NCBI GenBank assembly: GCA_001724265.1
Contig: MEDY01000026.1
Location: 1-64,000, forward strand
DNA length: 64,000 nucleotides
Origin: Rhizaria sp. SCN 62-66
Taxonomy: Eukaryota
Direction: 5' to 3'
Below the pieces are notes generated by a model that saw nothing but the letters and a program-made list of their open reading frames with translations, did not search any database and was not told where the DNA came from. This document shows positions 1-12,400 of this stretch, piece by piece. The position numbers were made by a program, and so were the translations under genes. How positions within the stretch are numbered: the stretch's first letter is position 1; every line of letters begins with the position of its first letter.

Positions 1-88
<88 letters not shown>
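1..88. repeat. Perfect (TGT/ACA)n trinucleotide microsatellite, about 29 units, running off the window start
   Basis: Bases 1-88 are an uninterrupted tgttgttgt... tract. Confidence 0.97.
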
Positions 89-588
89 ATGATAATACTA
101 GCATCAGCGCAATGTAAGAAAAGAAACATTGCAGCATGATCTTAATAATCAAAGTAGTCTTTCTCTTCCTCTTCATCGTCATTGTCATCGTATTCTTCAT
201 CTTCCCATTCCCCGTCACTAATCTGCGCCAATTTGCCTGTAGCTGCGCAACCTGTGTTTTGGTCACCCGGTCACAGTGTCATGGTCACCAACTATGGCAA
301 AGAAACAAAGAGTGACTACTTGCACTTGTTGACTAAATTGGTCGTAGTCGTTCGAACAACAATGAATAATGGATTCATAGTTAATTGACTTCTAGTTTAT
401 GCGAGGGGGGAGGGCGCTTTATAATACGTACCACGGTTACAGTAGCCATCAGATAAAGCTGTATTAAGGTCTTAATCACACTAAGTATCAAAACTATATA
501 GATTTGTGCTCTTTCTTATTTCATTTGAAGTGAGTAGCTCACAAAAAAACGACGAGCAGCATGATGTTGTTGGTCACTGTTCCAAACA

Positions 589-3500
589 TCACATTTCCCT
601 CCTTCGCTGCAACTCTTGCTTTCGTGCACGCCACATGCACATCCCCACTGCGGCTGCTAACATGGCCGCTAGTAAGCCTAGCGCCCAGATCAACGCACCG
701 AGATCCCGGTCACTCTCCTCCACAGCTGAAGAAGAGCTTTCGCGACTGCCAGAGTCGAGGATCAGAGTCGGCCACGATGATGAAAGCGACAGCAACGCCG
801 AGGCTGGCACATTGCCGGCGCTCTCAACTATAGCGGCAGCACCGTTGCGGTCAGCAGCAGTGGCTGGGAAGGGCGGGAGCGTGACGAGACCAACTAGATC
901 AGCAGGCAAATCACACCACGCATTAGAATCTGTGACTCCTGTCGGCATCACACCCGCAGCCGTCGCAGCGGCCTCCCGCGCCTCTGTCTCAACCGCAACA
1001 GCCGCCCTGCTGTCATATCCTGCGACTGAGTGCAGATTTGATGACATAGCAACCGCTGACGCCCGCAGCGCCAAACACTCCGCGCCCGACAGTCGCTGCA
1101 GTGCCCGGCGCGCGGCAGTGTCGTATTCGCCCAGCAGCACCGCCAGCGGCAGCCGCGCCGCCAGCGCTGCGGCCAGCGCAGGCACTGTGGGCGCGGCAGC
1201 GGAGACAGCGCTCATCGTCGTCGTAAAGGTCGAGGAGCAAGATTCGGCGCTCATTAGCGCACTCGCAGTATTAGCTGTATCCACGCTCACTGTTGCGGTT
1301 TCAAGACCAGCAGCACCAGTATTTTGAGGAGTAATAAGGTCGATCACGCGTCTTGGCGGGGCGTGCAGAGGGTAACTGACGATGAGCTCACCACTATACT
1401 CGCTATTGTCACTCACTTTGTCATTGTTCATACCAGTGTAAGTGTTAGCATCGGCGTTGACAGCGGGTGTCTTTGTGAAGACCATTCCATGTGCAGCAAG
1501 TGCAATATGCCACGCTCCTTCCCACGCAGCCTTTGCTTCCACAGAGCCCTTTACGTCACTGCGCGACAGCAAACTTACATCGATTTTTGATCCACCGAGG
1601 CGAGAGCGAGCGTTAACACTTGTGGAACTGTAATAGGGCTCAACGCGCGCAGATGCAGAGGCGCAAGCCCCAGTGCACACACCCAGCGCTGCTGCTAACG
1701 ACAATGCGTGCGAAGCTGTTGACTCCGACTTACGCTCGCGGTCACTCTCGTCACCGCGACCGTTGAAAGTGTGGCTTTGAATAGCTGTTGCAAGAAGACT
1801 GTTGTAGGCGTCGCCAGACAAAGCGCCCCCGCGCAGGACGTCAAGCGCAGCGCCCCACAGACCGCCATTAGGATGCTTGTTCGCGTGACCGTAAGCGGCA
1901 GCAATATGAGCATCCCTCGGATCAAGCCTAAATAATCGCACAAAAAAAGAAGAAACTTGCGTGAGTGAAGCCATTAAATCAACAGACGACATATTCCGTA
2001 TCAATTCAAATATCAGTTTCTTCGTACCTCGATAGGATTGCGCCGAGAGCAGCACCAGGCTCTCCCCAGAGCGTGACCGCGGCAGCCGCAGCGCCGGCGC
2101 CCGCAGCAGCCGGCCAAGCAGCAGAGGCTGCGGGCGCTGCTGCGGCTGCGGACGCTGCGGGCGCAACAACTGTGGCCGCAGCAAGGGGCAATATCGTCCA
2201 TTGTGGCAGAGTGACAACGTGGCGAGAGAGCGACATCACTGGCAGATTCCCGTTCTCATTGCAAAGACGCCCCGGTGTTTGCATCAGAACACTCGCTTGA
2301 CCCGCTCGAAGCAAGGTATCGCTATATTGCGCGTTCGTAGCGGTGCAACGAGCCGACCACGTTTTGACCGTGACGGCGACGGGGACCGTGGTGAGCAAAA
2401 CGACGGAGCCCTCGGCCGCAGAGCCCGCCAAGTCAGCGGTTGGGTGCTGTTGCGCCCACTGCAAAAAGCTCACGGGGCCGTGCGAGGCGAGATACCCACC
2501 AGCGCCCTGCAAAGAGGTGTTGCGGCTGTGTAGGTATCGTTCGGCAAGAGAACTAAGCAAGTCGGCACTGAGATCGTCGTTTTGCGTCGATGTAGTGTTT
2601 GCGGCACGAGTGGTGCTGGCTTTGATGTTAGTTTGTGCGGGCATGTTAGACAAGGCGTTGCTAAGACTGGCAGCAATCGTCGCGTAGTCATCGTTTCTAC
2701 TCTTCGAATCATCGCCTTTATCAGGGTGACTGTGATCAGCATTGCCGTCATTGCGGCGGCGCGCCCTCGTGTTGTGGCCGATGACTGTGAGCAGCCTGCA
2801 GTGCATCAGCACCTTGGCGCTGGCCTCGTCAAGCTCAGCGTCGGCCGCCGCATACTCACGGAGCAGACTACGCAAGTACTGCGGCGGCGCACCCTCGCGC
2901 AGCACAGCCTCGCGCTGCCGCTGCTGCTGGCGCTGGAACTGGCGCAGGCGCCGCGCAAACTGCAGTTGTTCGCGCTGCTCTCGCGCCGCCGTCGCAGCCT
3001 GACGCCGCCGCAACTGGGCGCGCGACGACGAGTCGCCGTCGACAGCTTGCTCTTCTTCATTCGCAGTGGTACTATCGTCAGCAAGATCAGTATCAGCGCC
3101 ATCATCGCTTCGTTCGTTGTCATCGTTGCTGTCGCCAACGCGGCTTCGAGCGTTCGCGGCCCATATCGGCAGTAGGATATCGTCGGTCATGCCAGGCACC
3201 ACGGTCAGCGTTGTCGGCGCGTGCACAACAAAACTCATCCACTCACCCTCAGTGTAATCATCATTTGCAGCACTATAATTGCCATTGACATCGTTGCTTG
3301 CGTTCCTGTTCTTGCTTTGCTTCTGCACGCGCATCGCCGTGGCCGCGTGCACGTTGCGCATCTCCCACCGCGCGCCGACCGCCGCCCTCTCGAGCGCGTC
3401 CCAGCACGCGCCCCACCGGCCCGCGCGCGCCGCGGCCAGCCCGCGCAGGCGCGCCGCCTTGTACCCGCGCGCGCGCGCGTCGCCGAGCCGCAGCGGCCAC

Positions 3501-6500
3501 AGCGCGTCCGCCTCCGTCGCCGCGGGCTGCGAGCCGGCCGCCGCGCCGCCCGCGGAGAGCGCGCCCGCGTGCGCGCCGCCGCCCAACGCCGACGCGAAGA
3601 GCGACGGCTGCGGCGACGGGGCCGCGGGTGACGTCGTCAGCGTTCGGCCGCGCACGCGCTCGACGATTTTCTCAGTATCGCTCACAGTCGCAGTCCCGCG
3701 CTGCTTCTTGCGGTTGACGTAGCGCGTGACCGTGCGCGTCCATGCGACCTGCGTGGGCGCGGGCAGCCGCGCCGCGTCGTCCGCCGTGCGCGCCCAGTCG
3801 AACGCGGCCGCCCACATGCCCTGCAGCGCCGCTGCGTCGGCAAGCGCGAGCGCGACCGTGACGGCGCCGCGGTTGTGGTCCCAGGCCAGCAGCAGCGCGT
3901 CGATGAGCGCGCGCGGCGGCGAGTCGAGCCGCAGCTCGCTCATGGCGCCCAGCAGCCCCGCGGCTGCGAGCTGCGGCGGCCACGACGAGCGCGCGCGCAG
4001 CAGCGCCCACGCGCGCGCCGACTGCGCAAACAGTCCATGCGACATAAGTGCGACGGCGTATTCGGAGATAAACGGGAGCGACGCCACGCCGGCGGCCAGG
4101 GCAGCGCCGTCGCCCCCGTGGTCGTGGTCATGCTCGCTGCTGCCGGCTGCGGCCGCCGCGGCGGCAACGGCGGCCGCGGCGGCCGCGGCTGCCTGGGCGG
4201 CGGCGTCGGTCGGCGAGACGCCTGCGAAGGCCCCGCGCCGGCGGCTGTGGGCCGTCAGCGGGGGCTCCGGGAGCTCGTCCAGATCTTCGCTGAAAGTAAG
4301 CCGCGTGACCGTGCGCAGCGAGTGGCGTGCGCGCACGGCGACCACGGTCAGCCACGGCCACTGCACGGTGTTTGCGAGCAAACCAACGCGATTCTCAGTC
4401 TCATCACCACGGTCATTAGCAACACTGCTTGAAGCTGCAGGGTGACACGCGGCAGCGTGGCGGCGGCAAAACGCGACCGCAGCGGCGACCGCGACAGCTG
4501 CAGCCTCCGCCGCGTCTGCGCCCGCAATAGCCAGCGTTCCCGGCGCACCTGCGTACGCCGCGGCGGGCGCGACGGTGACTGGCGAGTCCAACGGCGCGGT
4601 GCGTGTGATGGCGCGGCCGTCAGGCGGTAACAGAGAGAAAGACGGCAGTGGCAGACCGAGCGACACAGTCACTGAGCGCACCGGCAACGCAGTATGCGTA
4701 GTGGTGGCATTGCTGCTCTTGCTCTTGCTGTTCTTGTTGGCGTTTGAGTTCGGGGAGAGCGGCATGGAAGCGGGCACGTGCCAGCTCCACGCCGTGCGCG
4801 CGACCCGCCGGTGCGTCACAGTCGCGGCCTGCGGACACCGCAGCGTGAACAGCGGCGGGACGCCTCCGTCGTGTTCTGCGCGGTGACGCAGCGCAACTGC
4901 AACATCGTCGCTACCACTTTCATTGCCCTCAACCGCACTCGCGCGGTCAGTTGCGCGGCTTGACTTCGCCGCTGTGGAGCCGGCGTCAGCGGTCATGAGC
5001 ACGAGAGGGTCCACAGTGCACATCTCGAGCGCGACGGCACCGTGGCCGACGCCCCAGCCGCGCCGCAGCCGCCGCAGGTGCGCGCGCAGCACGCCGCCGT
5101 TCGCCACGGTCTCGGCAAAAGACGACGAGAGCGCGGACCGCAGCAGCGCGCTCGCTCGCACTAAGGGAGTATTTGCAGCAGCTGCAGTGCCATTGTTTGC
5201 CTTGTGTGCAGTAGTTGAAAGATGCGAATACAGTCGCTCCAGCGCGCGCAGCGACCCGTCTTTGCGGTCGAGATTGCGACTGCTACGAGAGTTATCGTTG
5301 CCATTGTTATGATTCACGGTCACCGTGGCCGTGAGTGGCGTGCGGTGGCCGGGGCTCGCCCCCAGCGCCGCCGCCGCCGAGGCGCCCGCGCCTGCGCCGC
5401 CGCCGCCGCTGCCGCCGGCGACCGTGGCCAGCGACGCGTCTGCGTACGGGTCGTACGCGGCGCTGCGCAGCCACGTGCCCGTGGCGTCCAGGGCAAGGGT
5501 GAACACAGGCGCGAGTAGGGCCTGGGACCGAAAAAAGGGCCGGGACAGCGCGGCGGCGAGCGGCAGCGGCGGGCGCGGGAGTAAGCGCGCGAGCGCGGGC
5601 AGAGAGCGCGCGGACAGGCCAGAGGCTGTGCAGTTTGACACACTGGTTTTGCTAGATTTAGCGGTGCTTGTTGGTGCCAGTGGCGGTGAGCAGGTGGAGG
5701 AGAGGTGCGAAAGCAGAGGCAGCGCAAATTCGTGGGGAATCTCCCAGAATGAGGGGAACTTTGAGGCAAAACGCGTGAAAAACGCCTCTGCACGCGCCTG
5801 CCATTGCGCACCGCGGGGGCTCACAGTCACGCGCTCACTCACAGTGTTGTGCTTTGCCGACTGCTGTTGCTGCTATTGTTGTTGCTCGGCATTCTGCTGC
5901 TTAGCATTGGGTTTCAGGCCAGAAGCACTTAGAGCGTCGCTGTGCGAGTGCAAGTGCAGCGCTGTGAGCGTGGTGCGAGTGACCGTGAGCACGCCACGGG
6001 CCGACACACCCCACTGCTGCTCCCAGCCAAGGCTCGCCACAGCCACAAAACCGGTGGGAACAGTGCTCGCGCCGTCAGACTTAGCGTTCGCGCGTGTGTT
6101 GTTGAGAACGTTTTGGCTTTGGAGCGAGAGTGTGTACGCCTCCCCAGAGTGGGTGTGCCACAGCCTGTTGTCAAGCAGTAGCGTTGTCGTCGCAGCTTCA
6201 GTCTCAGCCTCAGTGCCGCCACCAGCACGCTGCGCGCGCTTGCGCTGGGCAGTGCCGGTGGGCGGCGGCGCGGAGACTGGGGCGGGTGCGGTCAGCGAAT
6301 GGATGCGCATATAGCCTTGGAGGAACACTAAAAGTTCGGGACTCGGGCTAATATAGTAAAAGAAAGACAAATTTGTTGCGTTCAGAGTCGATGCTTAATT
6401 GTAGTTAAGAGAAATATAATATTGTAAATGCGAGGTGTTTAAGACGTACTCGTAAACATCGATGGCGAAGCAGTCCGCTGCTTTGGCTGCCGCGGCAAGC

Positions 6501-8122
6501 ACCGTGGCCGCCTCCGCCGCCGATGAGCCTTGAAACGCGCTGGCGTCGGGCGGCAACGAGCCTGTGAGCGCGCCGCCCTCGAAGGCAACGGCGGCGCAGA
6601 GCAAAGGCGCGTCGGGGGCGACCGTCACTGAGACGGAGTGACCGTGAGCAGACACCGTCGCGGCAGCGCCCCCACCGGCGCCAGCGGAAGAGTCGGCACT
6701 TGAATCAGGGTCAGAGAGAGGGGGTTGGCTCTCGTTGTTATGCCCGCGGCTGCGGTGACTATGCGCGCCATTCTCACCTTCACTGCCGCCGTGCCCGGGC
6801 TCTGAGTGACTGTGTGCAGAAGAGTGTTCGTGGTCGTCCTCATCGTGACCGGGAGCGTCATGATCGTGGCCATGGCCATGGCCATGGCCGTGATCGTGGC
6901 CGTGGCCGTGGGCAGCGCCGAGCTCTTGTCGCCACAGCCCGTCCCGACTCCACGCCACAGTGTCGATGACATTTTTAGGAACCATGACCTTCGCAGCCAT
7001 CCCTTGAGGATCACGCCTAACATCGTCTTTGTTCTTATTAGTGTTACTAGCCCCGAATAACCGCATTGCGCTGATCTTGCGCGCCTCTGCCGCGGCCAAG
7101 TTCGCACTGACAGCGGCATTAACCGCGCTCGCCGCGGCAGCAGGGCCGTAGCTGCTCACAGCTGCCTCAGCCGCGGCCGCCACCGCACCTGCCTCCGCCT
7201 CCGCCTCGACCGCAGCGGCTGTAGCGGCGACGGCGGGCATGTAGTAAACCGCGATCGCATCCGGTTGGCCGCAGCGGCGGCGGCGCAGCGGGCGCGCGCG
7301 CACGGGCGACTGCGCGCCCTTGGCCGCGGCCCAGGAGTCGAAGTTAGGCCGCGTCGACCAGGAGGTGGAGAGGTCGGCGAACGCGTTGAGAAGAGATGTA
7401 AACAAGGACGGATGATGACCGTTGTCAGTTGCTTCAGTGACAAAGTGGTACGTCTCCGCGTCAGTGTTCTCGTTGGGGAAAAGAGAGTCGTCGTCAGTAT
7501 CACCGTACAGTTCGATGTCATCTTCGCCATTTACAGCATCATTAGCATCGGTATTGTCGTTGTTTGGAGAGCGCAAACGGGGCCGCGGGTCACCGGCACA
7601 GGGCGCGTCGCAAGCCGAGGGCGCAATCGCGGTGGAAAACGCCGGGTCGGGCCCCGGGGCGGCGCCGCACACGCACGCGTTGCCGGCGTGAACACCGGCC
7701 CAGGGCAGCGCGAGCGCGGCACAGAAGCGGCCACAGCGCGCGAGCGTCAGCTGCGGCTGCGGGCCCGAGTGCGCGAGCGACAGCGGGAGCTGGTGGGGAA
7801 GCGCGGAAGGGTCGACGGAGAGACATGAACGAAAGAAGAGACGCGGGAGCGGTGTTGCCGTTGCTGTTGTCTTTGATGATGCAGCGAGGGTACTTGCTGA
7901 CTCCCACCAGGGCTTGGGAAGGGATACAGGAACGGGTGAGGCAAGTGACGCAAAGCTTAGAGTAAAACGCTCCGGGATAATTTCGCCAGAGTGTGCTTCA
8001 GCAAAATAAATCCATTGTGTAAGCAGGAGCACAGCGAATGCGAATGCTCCGAACAAGTTGCAATGGTTGGATGGTGCGGGCGCGGAAACGGGCTACTGTG
8101 AGGAGTGATTTGACACCGCCAT
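589..8122 (-). CDS. Large type I membrane protein (~2,443 aa): N-terminal hydrophobic segment, WSC carbohydrate-binding domain, His-rich tract, possible TPR-like helical region, C-terminal TM helix; 3 exons, two in-frame TAG
   Basis: Exons 8122-6450, 6347-2028 and 1927-589 with phase-consistent GT-AG introns (6449-6348, 2027-1928). ATG at 8122 is in frame with ORF 6395..8056 across TAG 8095-8093. ORF 5873..6370 continues in frame across TAG 5875-5873 into ORF 2006..5842. WSC-type Cys pattern: C..LTLARCGRFC..WAGVHAGNACVCG..CDAPCAGD..CG..AIAVY. TM segment LGALIWALGLLAAMLAAAVGMCMW followed by RARK. Ends TGA. Confidence 0.75.
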
Positions 8123-9478
8123 CGTGCTTAGCATAATGCGCATATGCGCGGCGTTAACTTCCGCCAAGGAGCGGGGTCAGTGTCAGCTCGGTACACGTTT
8201 TAGATACTGATGGGTATGTTGCGGTACTTCGGTGGTTCCAGTGATGACGGCAACAGGCCTGCGTGAATAAGAGTGTGATTAGTGATTGTAGATGTGAGTT
8301 ATAGAGTATATTATTTCAAAAATTATTCCTATTTAACAAATAAATTCCGTTGATACTAAGAGAAATTAAATTGACGATCAAATTCGCATCATACAATGGG
8401 TCAAAGTTCAAGCCTTGTCGTCGGTCATCAGACGCATTTGACTCTCACCAGTCACGTAAAGCATGTTGTTATCTTTTCAAGTTACTTTCATCAAGATATT
8501 ATGAGGGCAACAGATAAAGGAACTCAATTGTATTCTTAATACACACAATATACTAATATTTCGTGACGAAAGCAACATATTCACATTTCTTCTCGCATCC
8601 TTTCATTTCAGTTCTCGCTTGTTACACATGTTACGTTTTGTGTTTAAGATGAAGTTGTGATTGCCACTCAAAGCCAATACCTCTCACGCCTTGGCAATTT
8701 TTTCGCTGCATGAGAGTGATAATGCGTGGTTAAATAAGTGACATCTTTCTGAATGTCGTGTCGTTGTTTTTAAGAGTGCGTTTACAGTCATCACCCCAAG
8801 CATGAGTGTTTACAATGTGAGTGTGTGTCCGGCGTTTCGGGTGAAAACATGAGACGCGCCAAAAGACAGAAACACACGCAGCAGTGACACAGACACAGAG
8901 AGTGACACGTGGGCACGAATGTATCGTTGCCGATAGAGCAACAACGCTGAGCAATAGACGAAGAAAGAGGCAGCCACGCTACCACATCGGCGGTGTGCAC
9001 AATGAGTCGCTCGCTCGCTCAGCGCAAGGAGCATCGCCAGTAGCAACCGTCACAGTGTCAGAGTAAAAGTAAGTTAAGGGAAGGTGATGTTACTCTTACA
9101 TGCAAAGTCAAATAAAGCAACGCGCACGAAAAACGACAACAACAAAAAGGAAGCAGACAGACACAAAATAGACAGACACGACAATGAAAGGGTGTGAGAA
9201 GTACTGTCGACTCACAAGCTGAAAAATTGACAAGTTAATCACGACTCAACAACGCAGATACTTAATGCGTTCAAGAGACAACATAGGCCACATATGACAT
9301 ACACAAAAACAAGGAATACCAGTCAAACCAAAGTAAGCAAATTACAAAGACAAAACAAAAAGTAATGTTCTAGAGTTTCAGGTACACTACACAAAAGTTA
9401 CAAGAAATCTCTCACAAAATATCTCTCTTTAAGTACAGACATGACAGCATTCGAGTCGGCACTGACACTCGAACGCCC

Positions 9479-12400
9479 TTAGTCAGTCATGTCAACACCG
9501 CCACCGCCACCATGTGCACTCACGCTCGCATTCGCACTGGCGCTTGCGCTTCTGTTGTCTGCGCTACTAACGCCATTGGCGGCGTTGGCGCCTTCGATCT
9601 TCACAGCGACGTCGCTCGCATCCAAAGCTGCAAACGTGGCCGCGGCTGTTTCTGCGGTCACGGCGCCGGGCACGGCTGACGTGTCCACGTCCACGACTGC
9701 GCCCGCCGCTGTCGGCGCCGTCGCCGCCACCGCAGTCGCCGCCGCAGTCGGAGCTGCATTGCCACCCACACTCGCGCTGGCGCTCGCACTCAAACTGGCA
9801 CTGGCACTGGCACTTGAGCTAGAGTCACTGTGGGCGTTACCAGCGCCAGCGTTGTCGTCTGTCATAGGACTGATGCCACTGCGCTCGGCCGCCGTCGCCG
9901 TCGTAGCAGCCCCCGCAGCCCCAGCATCCGTCGCAGCGGCAGCAGCAGCTGCAGCGGCCGCAGCGGCTTCCTGCCTCTGCTGACGGCGCTGCCGCTTCTG
10001 CAGCTGCAGCTGCTGCTCGCGCTCCTGCTCCTGGCGCTGCTGCTGCGCCCACAGCGAGTGGTCCGTCTCGACGTGCGGAACGAAGTGGGAGCGCACGTGA
10101 GGCCGCTGCACGAGCGGCGTCGGGTACGCCGGGTTCGGGTCGCTGGGGTCCGTGTCGAGCTTGAAGTACGACACTATTAGCACGGGCAGCCCCGCCGAGG
10201 AGAAGTCGATCGCGCCGCTGCCGCCGTCCCTACCGCCGCCCGCCGCCGCCGCCGCCGCCTCTGCGCCGGAGCCCGCGGCGGCGTCGGCGGTGCGGCGCGG
10301 CGGCACGTAGTCGAGCCCCAGCCCGTTGCGCGCCGCGACCGGGTCCGAGAGGCGCACGTCCTCTTCCAGAGAGGAGAAGACCAGGTTCTGTGTCTCCAGG
10401 AGGTTCATGCGCTCGCCCTGCGCGTTGACCAGCGCCGTGCGCAGAGACATGTGCGACGAACCAAGGAAGCACGCCTAAACGATATAAAAAAAACAACAAA
10501 ATATGATTGTTAGTGAATTAAAAAAAGAGAGTGAATCAAAACGATTAGAAGTAGAGGAAAAGTAAAGAGTATCGATAGTTGACATTGGAGCATTTTAACG
10601 TACCTGAATGAGTTTCATGTTGTTAGCGCCGTTCTCGGGCGGGTACACGCGGCCCCAGCGGTAGGCCGAGCCTGCGATATTGCTGAGCTCTTCGAACGAG
10701 TAGCCAAGCATCTCCGCCAGCTTGTGGTTGGCGTAGAACGGGCATCCGGCGGGCCGCAGCACGACGACGATGCAGCCGTATTCGTGTTCACGCAGCGACT
10801 CGCACTCAGCCACCAGGTGCGTGAGCGCGACCTGGAGCGGGTTCACCTTACCGAACGCCTTGAGCGCCGCCGCGTTGGAACTGGGGTCCGCGCTGGCGGC
10901 GCGCAGAGCCATCACGGCGGCGGGCGAGAGCTGGAGCTGCTGGCGGCGGAACTGCTCCATGAGGCGCAGCGAGTCAAGTCCGCGCGCCCAGGAGCTGGCG
11001 ATCGACGCGGCGGGCCCGATCGACCACACATCGGAGCCCATGCCGAGGTTGACCAACACCGACGACGTGAAGGACGCCGAGTTGAAGGACGGTAGCCGGA
11101 GCCGGACGCCCGAACCGCCGAGGATGACGTTGCCGATGCGCAGCGACGGCGAGAGCAGAGCGCCGTGCGACAACACTGTGCGGCCCGTGGCGTCCATGCC
11201 GAGCCCGACTCGGAGCGCGAAGTTGAAGAGCCGCGACGACGACGTCAACGACGCCGCCACTTCGGCCTCCTCTGCCTCGGCCGCGGCGGCGTCGGTCACG
11301 GCGGCCTCGGCCATGACCACCGCGGCGGCGGCCTCCGCAGTCGCCGCGTCGCCGCCCGCCGCCAGCGCCGCTGCGCGCGCGATGTCTGCGCGCGCAAGCG
11401 ACTCGGCCTTGCGCTCGGCGTGGCGTAGGAGCAGCAACCGCTCAATGCGCATCGCGGCGGCCGAGGCGTAGTACTCTGCGATCGACGCGCCGACGCAGCG
11501 CGCGACCGAGTAGTCGCCGGGGACGGCCGTGGCGGTAGGGCCCGCGGCGTAGGCCGCCTCGATGCTGCGAGGCAGCCGCACGGGCGCGGGGCCGCCCCGT
11601 TTGCCGAAGGACTTACCAGACTTGGACTTGACGCCCTTCTGTCCGTCGGTGCTGTAGCTGCGGCTGCGCGGGGACGATGATGAAGACGAAGACGCACTTG
11701 ATCTAGCGGCTTTGCCGTTGTCGTCGTCGTCGCTGTTGTCGTCGTCACCGTCGTTCATCTCACTGACGCTGGCAGCGGGCGCCGCAGAGTCAGCGCCATC
11801 AGTCGCGCTGGCACTGGCGCTGGCGCTGGCACTAGCGCTGGCACTGCTAGATGAGCTGCTGCTTGAAGAGGACTCGTAATCATGCTCTTGCTTGACACTG
11901 GCACTGGCACGAGCACGAGCGCCGCTGTCATTCTCTGCGTCAAAGTCAACCTCCGCACTGTCAGCGTAAGAGTCGTCTTCGTTGTCATCATCGTCATCTT
12001 TGCCATCGTCGTCGTCATCATCGTTGGCGCAGTGCTCAAGCCCGCAGAGGTCGTCTAGCGGCCGGTTGTCCTTGGTCAAGAGCACACGGAAGCGCGCCGT
12101 GTCGTCGGCCGGCTCCACGAGGTGCTCGATGCCGAGCAGCACCGTTGCGTTGCCGGCCGTCGACACCAGCATCAGCGCAGACGGGGATGCCGCTGCGGTC
12201 GGGGAGCCGACGACCGCTGGCGCAGGCCCCGTCGTGCTCGAAGTTGACGATGGGTTGCTTCCGCTCACGCGCACAGAGCCAGCAGCAACGGCGCTGGCCG
12301 CGGAGGCGCCAGCTGACCCAGGACCTGCGTTCACGCCCACCGTCGAGGTCGAGGTCGAGAGCGCCGCGTTGACAGCGCCCGCGCCGCCCGTTGCAGCGCC

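Noticed and set aside
1-88. (TGT)n as a telomere
   Set aside because: The trinucleotide unit is unlike typical telomeric repeats, the same AAC/CAA tracts occur throughout the window, and whether this is a contig end is unknown.
8123-9478. Longest non-coding spacer as a hidden RNA gene (for example tRNA-CUA) or mobile element
   Set aside because: By eye I found no cloverleaf, terminal repeats or credible ORF. It looks like 3' UTR plus promoter; a covariance-model search would be needed to be sure.
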